Below are positions 1 to 25,015 of a DNA stretch of 64,000 nt, piece by piece. The position numbers were made by a program, and so were the translations under genes. Within the stretch, counting starts at the first letter, position 1, and the number at the start of each line of letters is the position of its first letter. Location: positions 3,294,559 to 3,358,558 of the forward strand of contig NW_003314268.1 in assembly GCF_000143415.4 (NCBI RefSeq). The letters are read 5' to 3'. Origin of the DNA: Selaginella moellendorffii. Taxonomy: Eukaryota > Plantae > Lycopodiophyta. The notes under the pieces are model-generated. The model was not told where the DNA came from, searched no databases, and saw nothing but the letters and a program-made list of their open reading frames with translations.

Positions 1-726
1 ACCCAAGTCGGATGCAGAACAAGGAGTAACACAACATAATAGGAGCTAAACTAATGTCTCAAGTGGTCGAACATGCATTCCAACCACTATCCCTACTATA
101 TATTTAGAATCCCCCATAACCCCCCCTCCCCCCCCCTCCTTAAGGAACATATACTTTGGGCTTTCACCCCAAGCCTCCCTTAATATTAGGAGTTAGTCTC
201 TAGGACAAACTTGAAACTTATTAAATATGGAATGTCTCTAGATTGTGAATTTGGACACATGACGAACACCATTGTGTTTAAACTAATCTCTACATTCTAT
301 AAATATGCCAAATGAGAAAATCTAGACACTTTTCATAAATAGCATTTAGGACCAAAATGAGACTAGCATAAAAAGCATGATAGCAAGGGTGTTTAGCAAA
401 CATGGTAAATTATCATTTGACGATATTAAGGGACTAGTCTCAATACGCAAGGGTTTTTGCCAAGCTAGTGCAAGACAAAACAAAAGAGAATTAACAAGCT
501 GGGCCAAATAAATTTATACTTTGGCTAAATAAACACTTAGGAATTCCTTCCTTATGCTCATCCAACCAAGTATAGATGCTAAGTCTAATTTACTAACACT
601 TAGACAAGAGGAGCTAATAAAGGGAACCAATAGTATTGACCTCCTGCTGTCGTGGCAGTAAGAAAAGAGTGTCCATAAGGACTAGTTGACAAGTATCTTT
701 CGATAACCAAAGTCACATTCACGACA
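1..726 (-). mobile_element. LTR fragment, repeat family 'B' (Ty3/gypsy-type), truncated by window edge
   Basis: Ends ...gtcacattcacgaca(726), matching the terminus at 63808 that abuts a polypurine tract. 1-467 aligns by eye to 55395-55536 plus 62965-63281. Confidence 0.75.
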
Positions 727-1257
727 ATAGTAAACTTTATGCCAAGAGGAGGAAATGTGAATTTGCAATATTAAAGATGGAATATCTAGGCCATATTGTA
801 ATATTTAAGGGTGTCAAGATGGATCTAAAGAAGGTATTTATGGTGGAGAACTAGCCTACACCAACTTTAGTGGCCAAATTATGTAGCTTCCTTGGTATAG
901 CTAGTTACTAAGAATGTTTCTAGTACAAGTTTGCGGAGATAGCTATTCGTTTGATATAATTATTGCAAAAAAATGTACCATTTGAGTGGAAAAAGCCATA
1001 TAAAGAGAGTTTTGTGGCATTGAAATAGTTATTGAGCATAGCTCCAATGCTTCGCATTGCTAATCCATCAAAACTTTATAAGGTGACATGTGATGTGAGT
1101 GGTTATGCATTGAGTTCTTATGCAAGAGGGATAACTTATTGTATATAAGAGTTGAACTTTGAATTCTGTAGAACAACACTATTCCACATATGAGCAAGAG
1201 TTACTCTCCATTGTTCATGCTTTGCGGACGTGGCAACACTATCTTTTATGGTGCAGT
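727..1257 (+). pseudogene. Degenerate Ty3/gypsy RT/RNase H fragment
   Basis: Interrupted translation with LEYLGHIV, ESFVALK*LLSIAPMLRIANPSKLYKVTCDVSGYAL motifs; stops present. Confidence 0.7.
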
Positions 1258-2103
1258 TGTAAGCAACCAAAGGGAACGACTCGAGAGACAATCCGTTGGG
1301 GTTCAAATATAGAGGGAAAAGGCCCATGAATAAGAGTGCACCCCCTTTTCCAATCGGTTAAGGGTCTTGGGATATTTGGAGTTAAGCGTCCTTGGGTTCC
1401 AAGCCCCTAGGAAGGGCGAAGACCAATGAGCCACAAGGTACTCAAGTGGGGCACCACTCCACATGAGCCGGGAGCACCGCAGTCGGTTTCCCTTTCGGGA
1501 GTGGGAGCTGCTCTTGAGCACTTCCCTGGGTGGCCCCTCCGGCACTACTCAAGCCCATGCTCACTCCCACCCAAGGCCCCTCGGCCCCAGTCTCAACCTC
1601 AAGTCAGTTTGAAAACACCACTGGAGAGTTCCTTCAAGACTGGTTCCTGGACCTCACTATCCCTACTATACTTTTGGAACCCCCTGCAGCCCCCCCCCCC
1701 CCTGGGAGACGCACGCTTTGGGCTTTCACCCCTTGACCCGTATTAGTATTTGGACTTAGTCTCTGGCTCGATCTTGGACCCGATTTCGGATCCAACTTCG
1801 GATTCGGTCTCGGACTCGATCTCAGACCTGATCTCGGACCCGACCTCGGACTCGACCTTGGACTCGGTCTCGGACCCGATTTCGGATCTCGGACTCCGTC
1901 TCGAACTTGGTCTCGAACTTAGACTCGAACTCGGTCCCCGAGTCGGTCTCGGACTCGATTCCGGACTCTATCTCGAACTCAGTCCTAGAGTCGGTCTTGG
2001 ACTCGATCTTCAACTTGGTCCCATCCAATAACCTCTTTGTCATTTTGGTCATGCTTTTGGGGTTCCTTTAGCCTACGACACCTCGGCGAGTTAGTTTCTT
2101 ACA
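1258..2103 (-). mobile_element. Solo-LTR-like copy of LTR family 'A'
   Basis: TG...CA ends; much of it is a reverse-complement match to the LTRs at 55537 and 61837, including the GAGnnC hexamer array. No target-site duplication is visible. Confidence 0.8.
1760..2020. repeat. Degenerate 6/12-bp tandem array (GACTCG/GATCTC/GAACTC units) inside the LTR
   Basis: Directly visible periodicity; produces spurious SDP/LGL-repeat ORFs. Confidence 0.85.
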
Positions 2104-2429
2104 CATAAATGAAAACTAGCCTCAAACTCATCCATTGTAGACATTGGTGGTTTTCTTATTCGCAACACAAAGCTCCTTAAGTTAATTTCACCATTGAAGT
2201 GTAAACTCTTGAATTTGGACTTCTCAAGAGGTCAACCAACTAAGTATTATTCAAACCCAAGAATACTTAACCATAAGTATCTCAAAACCTTTAATTGATT
2301 TAAAGAAGGGGTTCATAGGCCTTTTTCTTTTATATTTTAACCCTTATAGATCATCTCGAGTTATTCCTTTTTGCTATTTACAATCCATCATACTTCCCTA
2401 CAAGTTCATGCCCTTGTGAACGGAAGCTA

Positions 2430-2974
2430 AGAGCCTAGCCTCCTTTAGTACCAGGAGTTAGTATCTAGGACAAGCATAAAACTTACTAAATATACTTCTA
2501 GATTGCGAATCTAGAAGTAGGAACAACACTATAGGGTTTAGGACACTCTCTATATTCCATAGATATCTCTCTTGGGTGGATCTAGACACTTACTATAAAT
2601 AGCATATGGTTTCGGAATAGAACCAATATATGGGGTATGATAGTGAGGGTGTTTAGTAAATACGGTAAGCTATCATGTAGCAATATTGAAGGATTAGACT
2701 CAATACTCACTATCTTGCCAAGCCAATACAAGATAGAGCAAAAGAGAACTAAAAGCCAAGTTAAGAATATTTAGCTAGAAACACATAGGAGTTCCTATTT
2801 TGTGTTCATTTAGCTAAGTACAAATGCTAAGCCTAATTAACTAAAACTTGGACAAGAGGGGCTACTGAAGGGAATTAGTAATACTGATCTCCTACTATCA
2901 TGGTAATAAGAAAAGAGTGTCTGTAAAGACTGGCCGACAAATATCTTTCAATACCCAAAGTTATATTTGCGACA
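2430..2974 (-). mobile_element. Degenerate LTR family 'B' copy
   Basis: Similar to 175-726 (caggagttagt...; terminus ...ttgcgaca). Confidence 0.7.
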
Positions 2975-3109
2975 CAACCACCCCTAAGTTACCTCAAAAG
3001 CTCCACTATGAGCCCTAGGATAGGTTAAGTTCCTTACCCTAACATACCTTAATATACTCCTTTTGATTGATGTTGACTACGCTGTCAAAGTTAGTGCCTA
3101 AAAAGTATA

Positions 3110-3365
3110 AGCATGTGAATCTCATTTTGGAGGCATTAGAAGGAAGCTGAAGTCAAAGGTCAAGAAGTGCTTATTTTTCACTAACAAAGTAGAGTATCTT
3201 GGATATTTGGTCACAAGCAATGGCATCATCTTGGCACTACCTGTATAGATGGCATTTTATGATTGAAGTAGACCACTTATCTCTTAAGTGGTTACTAAAT
3301 ACCCATGAGGCTATAGGGCACTTGGCAAGATGTATACATTTGATAAAGGAAATACACTATTGAAT
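3110..3365 (+). pseudogene. Degenerate gypsy RT end / RNase H remnant
   Basis: VKKCLFFTNKVEYLGYLVTSNGI and EVDHLSLKWL..GHLAR-like motifs. Confidence 0.6.
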
Positions 3366-3379
3366 GCACTCACAAGAAT

Positions 3380-4325
3380 ATATATGACATGCCACCAGTT
3401 GAACTTCAAGCTTGATGTTGCTTAGTATTGCTCCTCCTTGTAAAGCAAGCTACTTTATCTGTAACCAAACTAGTATCAGTGTACATGTTCCTTGTTACTA
3501 CTATCATCAACCATGGTTGACACCTGCAACAACATTTCACGGTAGGCATGAAGCTGATGCCAAATCCAGAAAAGCTTGACTTTGCAAAGCATGAGAAGCT
3601 GAGCACCAACCACTCAATAGAAACATGCCACACAAACCTGTTATAGTTGTACAGTATGAGTGAGAGTCTAGCCATAACAAGATGCCCAAAGACGAAGTTC
3701 CAAACCTTTGTTGGCTGTTCAAAAATCAGATTCTTTTTATCCCAACAGCTCATACATTTCAAGAAGTTGAACCACTCATCTGCACAACGAAAAGAAAAAA
3801 GAAAAAGAAAGTTCGGCATTTAGAAATAAGAAACCTAGAAATATCTTTTTGAGGTAAAACATAATTGAAACTCTACTCATTTTTGTTAAGGAGCTCTGTT
3901 TGGTGTACAAAACAGATTCACAATATTATAACTTACTTCACATCACTTGTGAAATCTGGAAGTAAGTTTTGAAAGAAAAAATTAAAATTTCAAGAAACTT
4001 GATGAGAGCATTGCATTGTTATAAAGAGAGAGTTACTGAAAAAGGAAATACATTACTTAACATGAAATAAACTCTTTATTACTTAATGCAATGTGTCCTT
4101 GTTTCAATTGAGGGAATAAATCAGAGTTTGGTAGAATTATAGATTCAACAAAAGGAAGGGTTTCTCTGTGGCATTAAATAATTTTGAAGACATTTGTGCT
4201 TTGGAAAATTGTGCACTACAACATCATGTAGATTTTGTAGAGCTGGTACTACCTAAAAACTAAAAAATAAGCACAGAAATATCTTTTATATCATCTTAAG
4301 TCAGCCTTTTCAACAATATTAATAC
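3380..4325 (-). pseudogene. Callose synthase gene fragment (unprocessed duplicate of ~38960-40020)
   Basis: Reverse complement matches exons and introns of the callose synthase gene in this window (e.g. DEWFNFL, LYKEEQY, intron gtttgt..catgtttct..ggttggtgctcagc); carries stops and indels. Confidence 0.9.
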
Positions 4326-5152
4326 CCAAAAAAAATGTATTCTTTCTAAAAACAATTATATAGTAAAAGTATTATCTATATGTATTTACTTTCATCACCA
4401 TCTAAGTTTTCTACCACAATAGTGTAATCACTATGGAAGACAAAAGTTATGCTATAACTTTACAAAAATTATAAAAATATCATTGTTACAAATTACTAAA
4501 ATTAGTATTATATATTTAGTAAAATTAGATAGTTGAGAGTTTTAGCTATTATCAATAAAAATATATTAAGTCTAATAAAATTTTGTATATGTTTTTATCA
4601 GTTTTTACCACTTTCAAAATATTTCGACCACTATTTATAACATTCTTGATATTTTTTGTAAAAGTTAGAACAATTGTTACATTGGAAAGTTTTTTATAAA
4701 GGCAACCACTAATTAAGATAGAAATTTTATGGTCCTAAGCCTTGATATATTTATACAAATTAAAGGTTTAATTTTTTTATTGAGCTGGCAAAATTAACAA
4801 TTTGTTTTTTGTTTGTCAAATTCATTTTTAGAGAAATCATTAATTTTAAACTCTGCAAGAACTTTGAATACATCACAATTATTAAAATAATATATTTCAC
4901 CCTCAATAGGATTAATCAATGGGGATTATTAGCACAATTTTTGAACCCTGGATCTGTCAAACAGAAGAATTCTTAAAAAACAAAGGGACTTCCTCATTCC
5001 CCCTTAAATCTTTAATCTCAACCAACCACGTTATGTGGAATGTTGAAACAATGTATTTCACAACACGACGTTGTACGCAAATGGCGCACCAAAAAACAAA
5101 GGAACATTCTTTCATTTTTTTCCTTCCTCTTCAACGCAGGAGAATTCGTATA

Positions 5153-15523
<10,371 letters not shown>

Positions 15524-15729
15524 TCCCTGGCGCTGACGAATCCGGGGGAGGGAAAGAAGCTATACACCCGATGCGTGCCAGATCTAAGCTTGACGAAGAA
15601 ATTCCTCCCCTCCTCCGCGGGGCGAATCAATCCGGAATTTATTTTCTTTACCTCCTCCAGCAGCTGGACGCGCCCGGTCGCGCGCGCATCCCCAGCGCCC
15701 TCCAAATGCGACTCAGCTCATCCCTCCCA

Positions 15730-15745
15730 TAAACCCTAACCCTAG
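15730..15745. promoter_or_regulatory. Telo-box (AAACCCTAACCCTAG) upstream of the BEACH gene
   Basis: Motif visible; similar CTAGGGTT motifs occur near the starts of several genes here (about 18448, 24946, 29684-29752, 35358, 35488). Confidence 0.5.
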
Positions 15746-17414
15746 GCCAAGCTCGTGGTAACGCGGTGTGGCCATACATTCCCTCTTGTACGGAACACAT
15801 GCACACAAAAGAAGAGCTCTGAGCCTCGCTAGGGTTTAACCAAGAAAGCATATTCTAAGGCGTGACGAATATTCCATCTGGGCAACAAAGGGTTGAAAAG
15901 AATGGGAAATTTTAGGGCAAGGGAGGGCGAGCCATGGAGGCTGCCAGCGGCGACGATGTCGCGGTGTACGAGCGCGACGTCTCCGCCTCGTCGACGGTGC
16001 GATTCCCGGCGCGGCGGCCTCAATCAGCGGAGCTAAAGATGAGCTCAGGCAGTGACGAGAACGCCAGTAGCGCCACCAAGCTATGGCAGGTCAGATCACT
16101 CCTCTTTCTCTCCTCTTTCTCTCGTAGCTAGGCCAGCCAGTGGCACTGCGGCATTCATTCATCCGTCCATCCTCGGATTCCTCCGAAAATCCGTTGGAAG
16201 AGAGAAATTTCTCGCCAGTCCTCTGTTCTTCGCGTGTGAGAGGAGTAAGTAGTACGAACGAGAGGCTTTCTCGATGCTGGAGCCCGTACCTCCATCATCC
16301 AAGAGAGAAAACTAAGCATCAGTACTGTGCGTCGAGAGCATGAGAGCTATCATCTCTCACATAATCCTTTGAGAGCAATCATCCCTCCCATAATCCATTC
16401 TCGAGTCGCGTGAGCGTCCCCATAGAATTCTTTCGTCCCATACTTCTCGCGCTTAGATCTTTCCTTTTTGTTCTCGATCTCTCTCTTCTCACAGGTTTAT
16501 CTTTTGGGAGGAGTTATGGTTGGGCGGTGGGCTTGGGCTCGCTGGAAGGAGAGGAGCTCCAGAGGCCTCGGCGGGCATGCTTGAATCAATCGGTTAAAAC
16601 CCTGCGTCCTGGATGAGAGGCAAGCGCTTTTTATTCTAGACGCCTTCTAGACAGACAGCGTAGCTGGCCACTACGATCATTCTCGTTTGATACGCGAGTC
16701 TTAAATCTACTTTGTGGTAATTAACATGGATCTTCCATATGAATACGAGGATCATCACCACCTTTCATCCACAAAGCTTACAATGTTTTACCAGTAAGTT
16801 TAACATTGGGAGTGGTAAAATCATCAAGACAAGACAATGTAGCTGTGGGGGAGTGCTGGAAAAATCCAATCGTGTCAGCTTTTTCTATGTTCGTTGCTCG
16901 TGATTGTCGACTTCGCACAGGTTCTTTCTATGTTTCGCGGATGATGATTGGACTGGGCTGGACGATTGACATCATAGATTGTTGCGAAGAACTTTTGGAG
17001 AGAAAAGATCTGCGAGACGACAAGATGACAAATGTAAGAGTGCCCAGCTTCGTACACAAGAAAAATCCAATAATGCGGTATCCTTTGCCAGGGACAACTC
17101 GAATCACGCTCCACTTTGGATCATCATATCGAGATTCTCACTCGTAACAGTTTGTTCCGCGAGGGATTCGAAGATTCCGACTTCTTTTGCAAAAACAATA
17201 GCTCTTAAGACAAACCGTAAGCACAAGGAAGATGATTCATACAATACAGGGATCTACAAAAACTCTACAAGAGAACCGAGTGACCAGAAGAACAAAACTC
17301 TTTGGTTTTCTAGCTATATGCCCAGTCGCAGTGTGTGCTCTTCTCTAAGACGGTCACTCCATCCATAGTGCCATTTAAGTAACGAAGGGGTCGATATTGC
17401 TACCACGATTGATC

Positions 17415-18268
17415 TCATTCGAGCAGCGGGACTGTGCCACCGGCAGCAATGATCTTCTCCTCCAGCTGAAAATCATGCAAGGAGCAGCGTCATTAGCTCT
17501 GCGTGAAACAAAAGTGTCCGAGGCACTTACTTGGAGCAGTGCCTGGAGTCTCGTCTTGACAAGGAAAAATTCGCGCTTTACTTGTTGCAGACATTGCCAG
17601 CAGCTGAAGAGACATAACAAGAGAAAAGCCATGCGTTAGAACGCGAGAGATCGAAGCTGTTCATTTAGCGTACCCGTCCCGGTTTTCCTCTTCGCAGTAG
17701 GCACGAAAAGCAACGCACAATGCCTTGACACGGGCAGCTCCAATGCTGACAAACATCCAACACGATAAGAACACTAGAACGAACAGACAATGCTGGTTTT
17801 TGGATCGAGAATACCTGGCACTACTCCCCTTGAACTGATGAACGTACGCATCGATCTGCTTGAAGTTCATCGGATTGTGCTCACTGTGGACGAAGGAAGA
17901 GATAAACGAGTTAGAGCGAAAGTACAAAACGTAAAGCAAGTGGAAGGGGGAAAAAACCACGCTAAGTTACTCCACCGTACAATGTCTTTGACAAATCATT
18001 GAGCAGCTTTTCCGAGTCCTCGAAGAACAAGGACACCACTTCGGCCACGAAGTCGGGATTTGTGGGATCCTGGAGCTGCTGGAGTTGCGAGAACTGATCG
18101 TCCAGGAGATTCTGCGAATGCGAATGAAAGAGCGAGCGTTACACAATTGTCGCTAGATTCTAGAGTGATTCCCAGCACCAAATTTTGCTAAAGGATCCCT
18201 CCTCCTACCTCCTGAAACGACGCTTGCATCAGCTCCACATACTGGCGCTGCAGCATTCCGGGATCCAT
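17415..18268 (-). CDS. AHP: Histidine-containing phosphotransfer protein (cytokinin two-component relay)
   Basis: Spliced: [57 protein letters not shown]...[23 protein letters not shown]...[16 protein letters not shown]. The phospho-acceptor His motif HQFKGSS is intact. Confidence 0.95.
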
Positions 18269-19139
18269 CGCCAAGCCAAGAACGGGATTGAGAAGAATGC
18301 TAAGATTATCGATTCCTGTCGACGAGACGACGGCGATCCACGGCGCCAAGAGCAAGCGGACAAGCGCGAATTATATACCCCTGCGCATTCGATCGGAGGG
18401 AGAGAGATAGAAGAGAGAGAGCGCCAGGCAGCGAGACAGGTAATCAAAACCCTAGCGCCATAGCCATGCTTGGATTGATTCTCAGTAGGTGAAAAACAAA
18501 GAAGCAAGAGAGGAATTTACCACGCTGTAAATCACGTTACTACGGCGGGAGTTGAAAACTACAGTAGTATTTATATGGGGGGATTTGGCTCATACGGTAG
18601 AGGATTCGTCGCAATCGTCGGATTTGGTAGAATCGACTGATACCAGCTCGCCACGTATCCGGTTGAAATCCGTCTGATCTAAGAGATCGAATGCCGGCCG
18701 TTGATGTGAACATCTAACGACATCATGCAGAATATTGCGTGACAGGTCATAATGTGCGGATATTGTCATGACACGTGTCGGCTGTATAATGGCTCCTCAG
18801 TATCCAACGGCATGCGGTGATGGACGAATCCAGATCGTAGATCCCCGGCGATCCAACGGCGTTCGAAATGCGATTTTCTTACGATCATGATGACATCACC
18901 ATTATCGGGATTTTCATCAAATCCATTATCTGGCGGCCGCCGGCGAATCTTCCGGCGAATCTTCATAATGCCGGCGCTAAATCATTACACACCTGTTACA
19001 TTCCGCCGAGATTGTGCATCCAAGCCGTCCGATCTTCCAATTAAAATTGTCTAGCATTTATACAAGGCACAAGTAAAAGATCACAAGCTTCTTCACGTTT
19101 GATAGCGCTTCGTATCGCCGCGGCAGTCCACGCGAATAA

Positions 19140-22335
<3,196 letters not shown>

Positions 22336-22811
22336 ATCGCTGGATCGGGATAGAATGCCGCCTGTCGCGCAGGATTGGCAGCTCGATCGCTGGAAGAACC
22401 CTAGCTCCCGGCCAAGGATCGCGCCAAAAGAAATGTAGAGCTTGCTTAACCCTACAAGTGTATTGCATAAATGGAGCACCGCCGCAGATGCGAATAATAG
22501 GCGTGTGTCAGATAAGAAGGCCCCAAAATAGCAACCATGGCCGTGATGAGCCTCGAACCAAGGCACGTTTTCAAGAGTGATGCAAACTTACTGCATGGAA
22601 AACAATGAGACAACTTCACACGTTATAAGATTGACATGAAAAGATTTGATAGTTATCCATGAATCTATCACACTATTTAAAAACAATGCAATGTACAAAG
22701 ACAGATGAAATAATTTGATACATGGTCTTCATGAATAGAAAAGTATAAGATTCTGTCACACTATCCTCAAACTTCCTTTTGCTTTACGAGGATTTCTATG
22801 AAGCACGAACT

Positions 22812-23280
22812 TTACTTTGCCTCCACTGCTTCGTCTTGCGGTGGAGGATTTTCTTGTGGAGCGGCAGCTGCTTCTTCGGCCGGTGGCGATTGTTCTTGAG
22901 GTGGAGGTGGCTGTTCTTCCGCCGCTAGTTGAGGCTCTGGCTCTGGTGGCGGCGGCGGTGGGATCAAGCTTACCGTCTTGCCGGTCTTTTTAATCTTCTT
23001 GAGAACGAGCTCCGGAGTGATATCGCCGGTGATGATCACCTTCTTCTCCTGGAAACTTATCTTATAAGAAGTTACTCCTGGATAATAGAGACAGGAAGAT
23101 ACGTGACGCGTTACGAGAGCTCCTGTTTTCTTACCATCGAGTTTGCTGATTGCCTTCTTCACGGCTCTGAAGCACCCTTTGCAATGCATTGACACCATCA
23201 ACTCCACAGTCACAGCCTGCGAGTGGCATTCATTGTTACAAAAACAAAGCAAAATTAAAAACTCAGACTACCTCTCCCAT
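22812..23280 (-). CDS. Heavy-metal-associated (HMA) domain protein with Pro/Glu-rich tail (HPP type, no CaaX)
   Basis: Exon 1 MGE, then VELMVSMHCKGCFRAVKKAISKLDGVTSY...KKIKKTGK; MxCxxC motif. Confidence 0.9.
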
Positions 23281-23924
23281 TTTTGACTTTGCCTTTGCTG
23301 GAAGGAGGAGTTGAATTGAAGTTCCTCAGGGATCGATAGCACAGAACAGGCCACCTGGTTTATAAAAGAAAGGAAAACGAAAAAGAGAAAACTACTATCC
23401 AGAGCCATGGCTTTTCTCCTTTCCCCCTTTTTGACGAACTGGTGAGGAAAAAAACAACTCTCACCACATTATTTGGAGCGAGTGGAAGTGGTCGGCGCTG
23501 CCGTATCATTGCCGGACGCATCTATCAAGTTGGACATGGCAAACAACCTTCGTACAAGATTCCAACACATCCAAGTTTCGACAATATTACCCGAAAAGAT
23601 ATAGGAACCCGTCGATCCTGCTGCAGCTGTCAACTCGTTTCTCACAAAAAGGGAAAAAATCAACAAACATCTTCGCGACAAGAACCTGCTATGTTTCTCA
23701 ATATTGACTTTCATGTAAGTACGCGCAGCCAAAATCGTGCTACGCTAAAAGGCTTTTCCGTCCCTGCCAAAAACCACGGCTTTCGAAAAATTGAAACGTC
23801 AAGCTTTCAAAGTACCTTCTACGAGTGCTGTGCGGGTAAGAACTTTACACGTAATTCCGAGCTCTATGCGTGGTAAATATATAGCTCCTGCGTATGGAGT
23901 TTACCATGGCCCGTAGCTGAGTTC

Positions 23925-24934
23925 TCAGGCTTTGAACGAGTCGAGAATTGTTCTCAGCACGCTCTCCGATTTGGACCACTGTGATTCGCTTGCGCTCACT
24001 ACAAAGAGCAGGACCACATTACCTTTAGACGTCGCAGCTGCCAAGTTGTGAGCGCCAGTCTTTGCGTATGGCGTCTCAAGCGTGTAGCAATAGAACTGTG
24101 AAAGAAAGCTCGTAAGTGAGGAAAGAACCAAACGAAAGCTCACTTTTTCTCCGTCTCGATCCTTCACGGAGGTTTCAATCACTTCATCGGGGTCGTAGCT
24201 GTTCCCGGTGACAAAAGGTCCCAACGCAGCTATGAGCTTCTCGGGACTGCCAATCTCGTCGATCCTGGCGTTTGGTTTGTTTGTAAGCCGGACCATGGGA
24301 GCTGCCACCACTTGCAGGCTCCCTTCCTTGTCATCCTCAAACTTGACTTCCACCCAAGGCTCGGCACACTTTGGCTGGCAATAATTCCCAGACAAGATGT
24401 TTGCGATTCGCTGCTGCTTCCAAGTCGATGGGAGAATAAACTCGTAAGGCTGAACGTTCCCTGAGATGGAAGAAAAAAAAACGTTTTAGCGCTCAGGAAT
24501 CGAAAACAAAGATAGAAACACAAGAGAGAGGAAGATTTGAAGGTCTTTCTTAGGCTCACAGTAGAACAAGACCATCGTTTCACTTACCGGCGCGAAGAGC
24601 TGGAGTATCTCTGCCAGAAGCCTTGAATTGCACGAATCCTGGAAGGGACTCGACCGGGGGAAGATAGGCTCCCACTTCGACCTCTCTGGCCAGTGCAGAC
24701 GTTTGATTCACAGCCAGACCCATCGCCAGCGTGAACCCGACCAACGCGACGCTCTTCCTCCGCGAAATCACGGTCGCCGCCCTTGGATTCTCCTGCGCGT
24801 CACATCTATAGCGACGGTTTCTTTTTCCACTCCAGAGCAAGCATGCCGCCTTACCTGATGGCGCTGCTGCTAGCATTGAGCTGCAACGGCGTAGCTCCCA
24901 GCAGCGTCCACGGCACCACGGCCCTCATCGCCAT
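23925..24934 (-). CDS. PPD6: PsbP domain-containing protein 6, thylakoid lumen
   Basis: Twin-Arg signal (SRRK...ALA) followed by REVEVGAYLP, TPALRAGNVQPY, ANILSGNYCQPKCAEPWVEVKFE, LGPFVTGNSYD. Confidence 0.93.
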
Positions 24935-25015
24935 CGCCAAACTAGAACCCTAAATGCCCGAGCAAACAAATTTAAAATTTAAATCTGTTTCGCGCTCAAA
25001 AGCAGTGTCAAGCCT

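Noticed and set aside
1750-2052. SDP-/LGL-repeat ORFs (also 55609-56149 and 61893-62272)
   Set aside because: By-products of the LTR hexamer array; open in several frames and on both strands.
1253-2108. Target-site duplication around the solo-LTR-like copy
   Set aside because: Flanks gcagt and cataa do not match.
15934-17368. Short ORFs between BEACH and AHP
   Set aside because: No domain similarity or consistent exon chain; probably promoter or UTR sequence.
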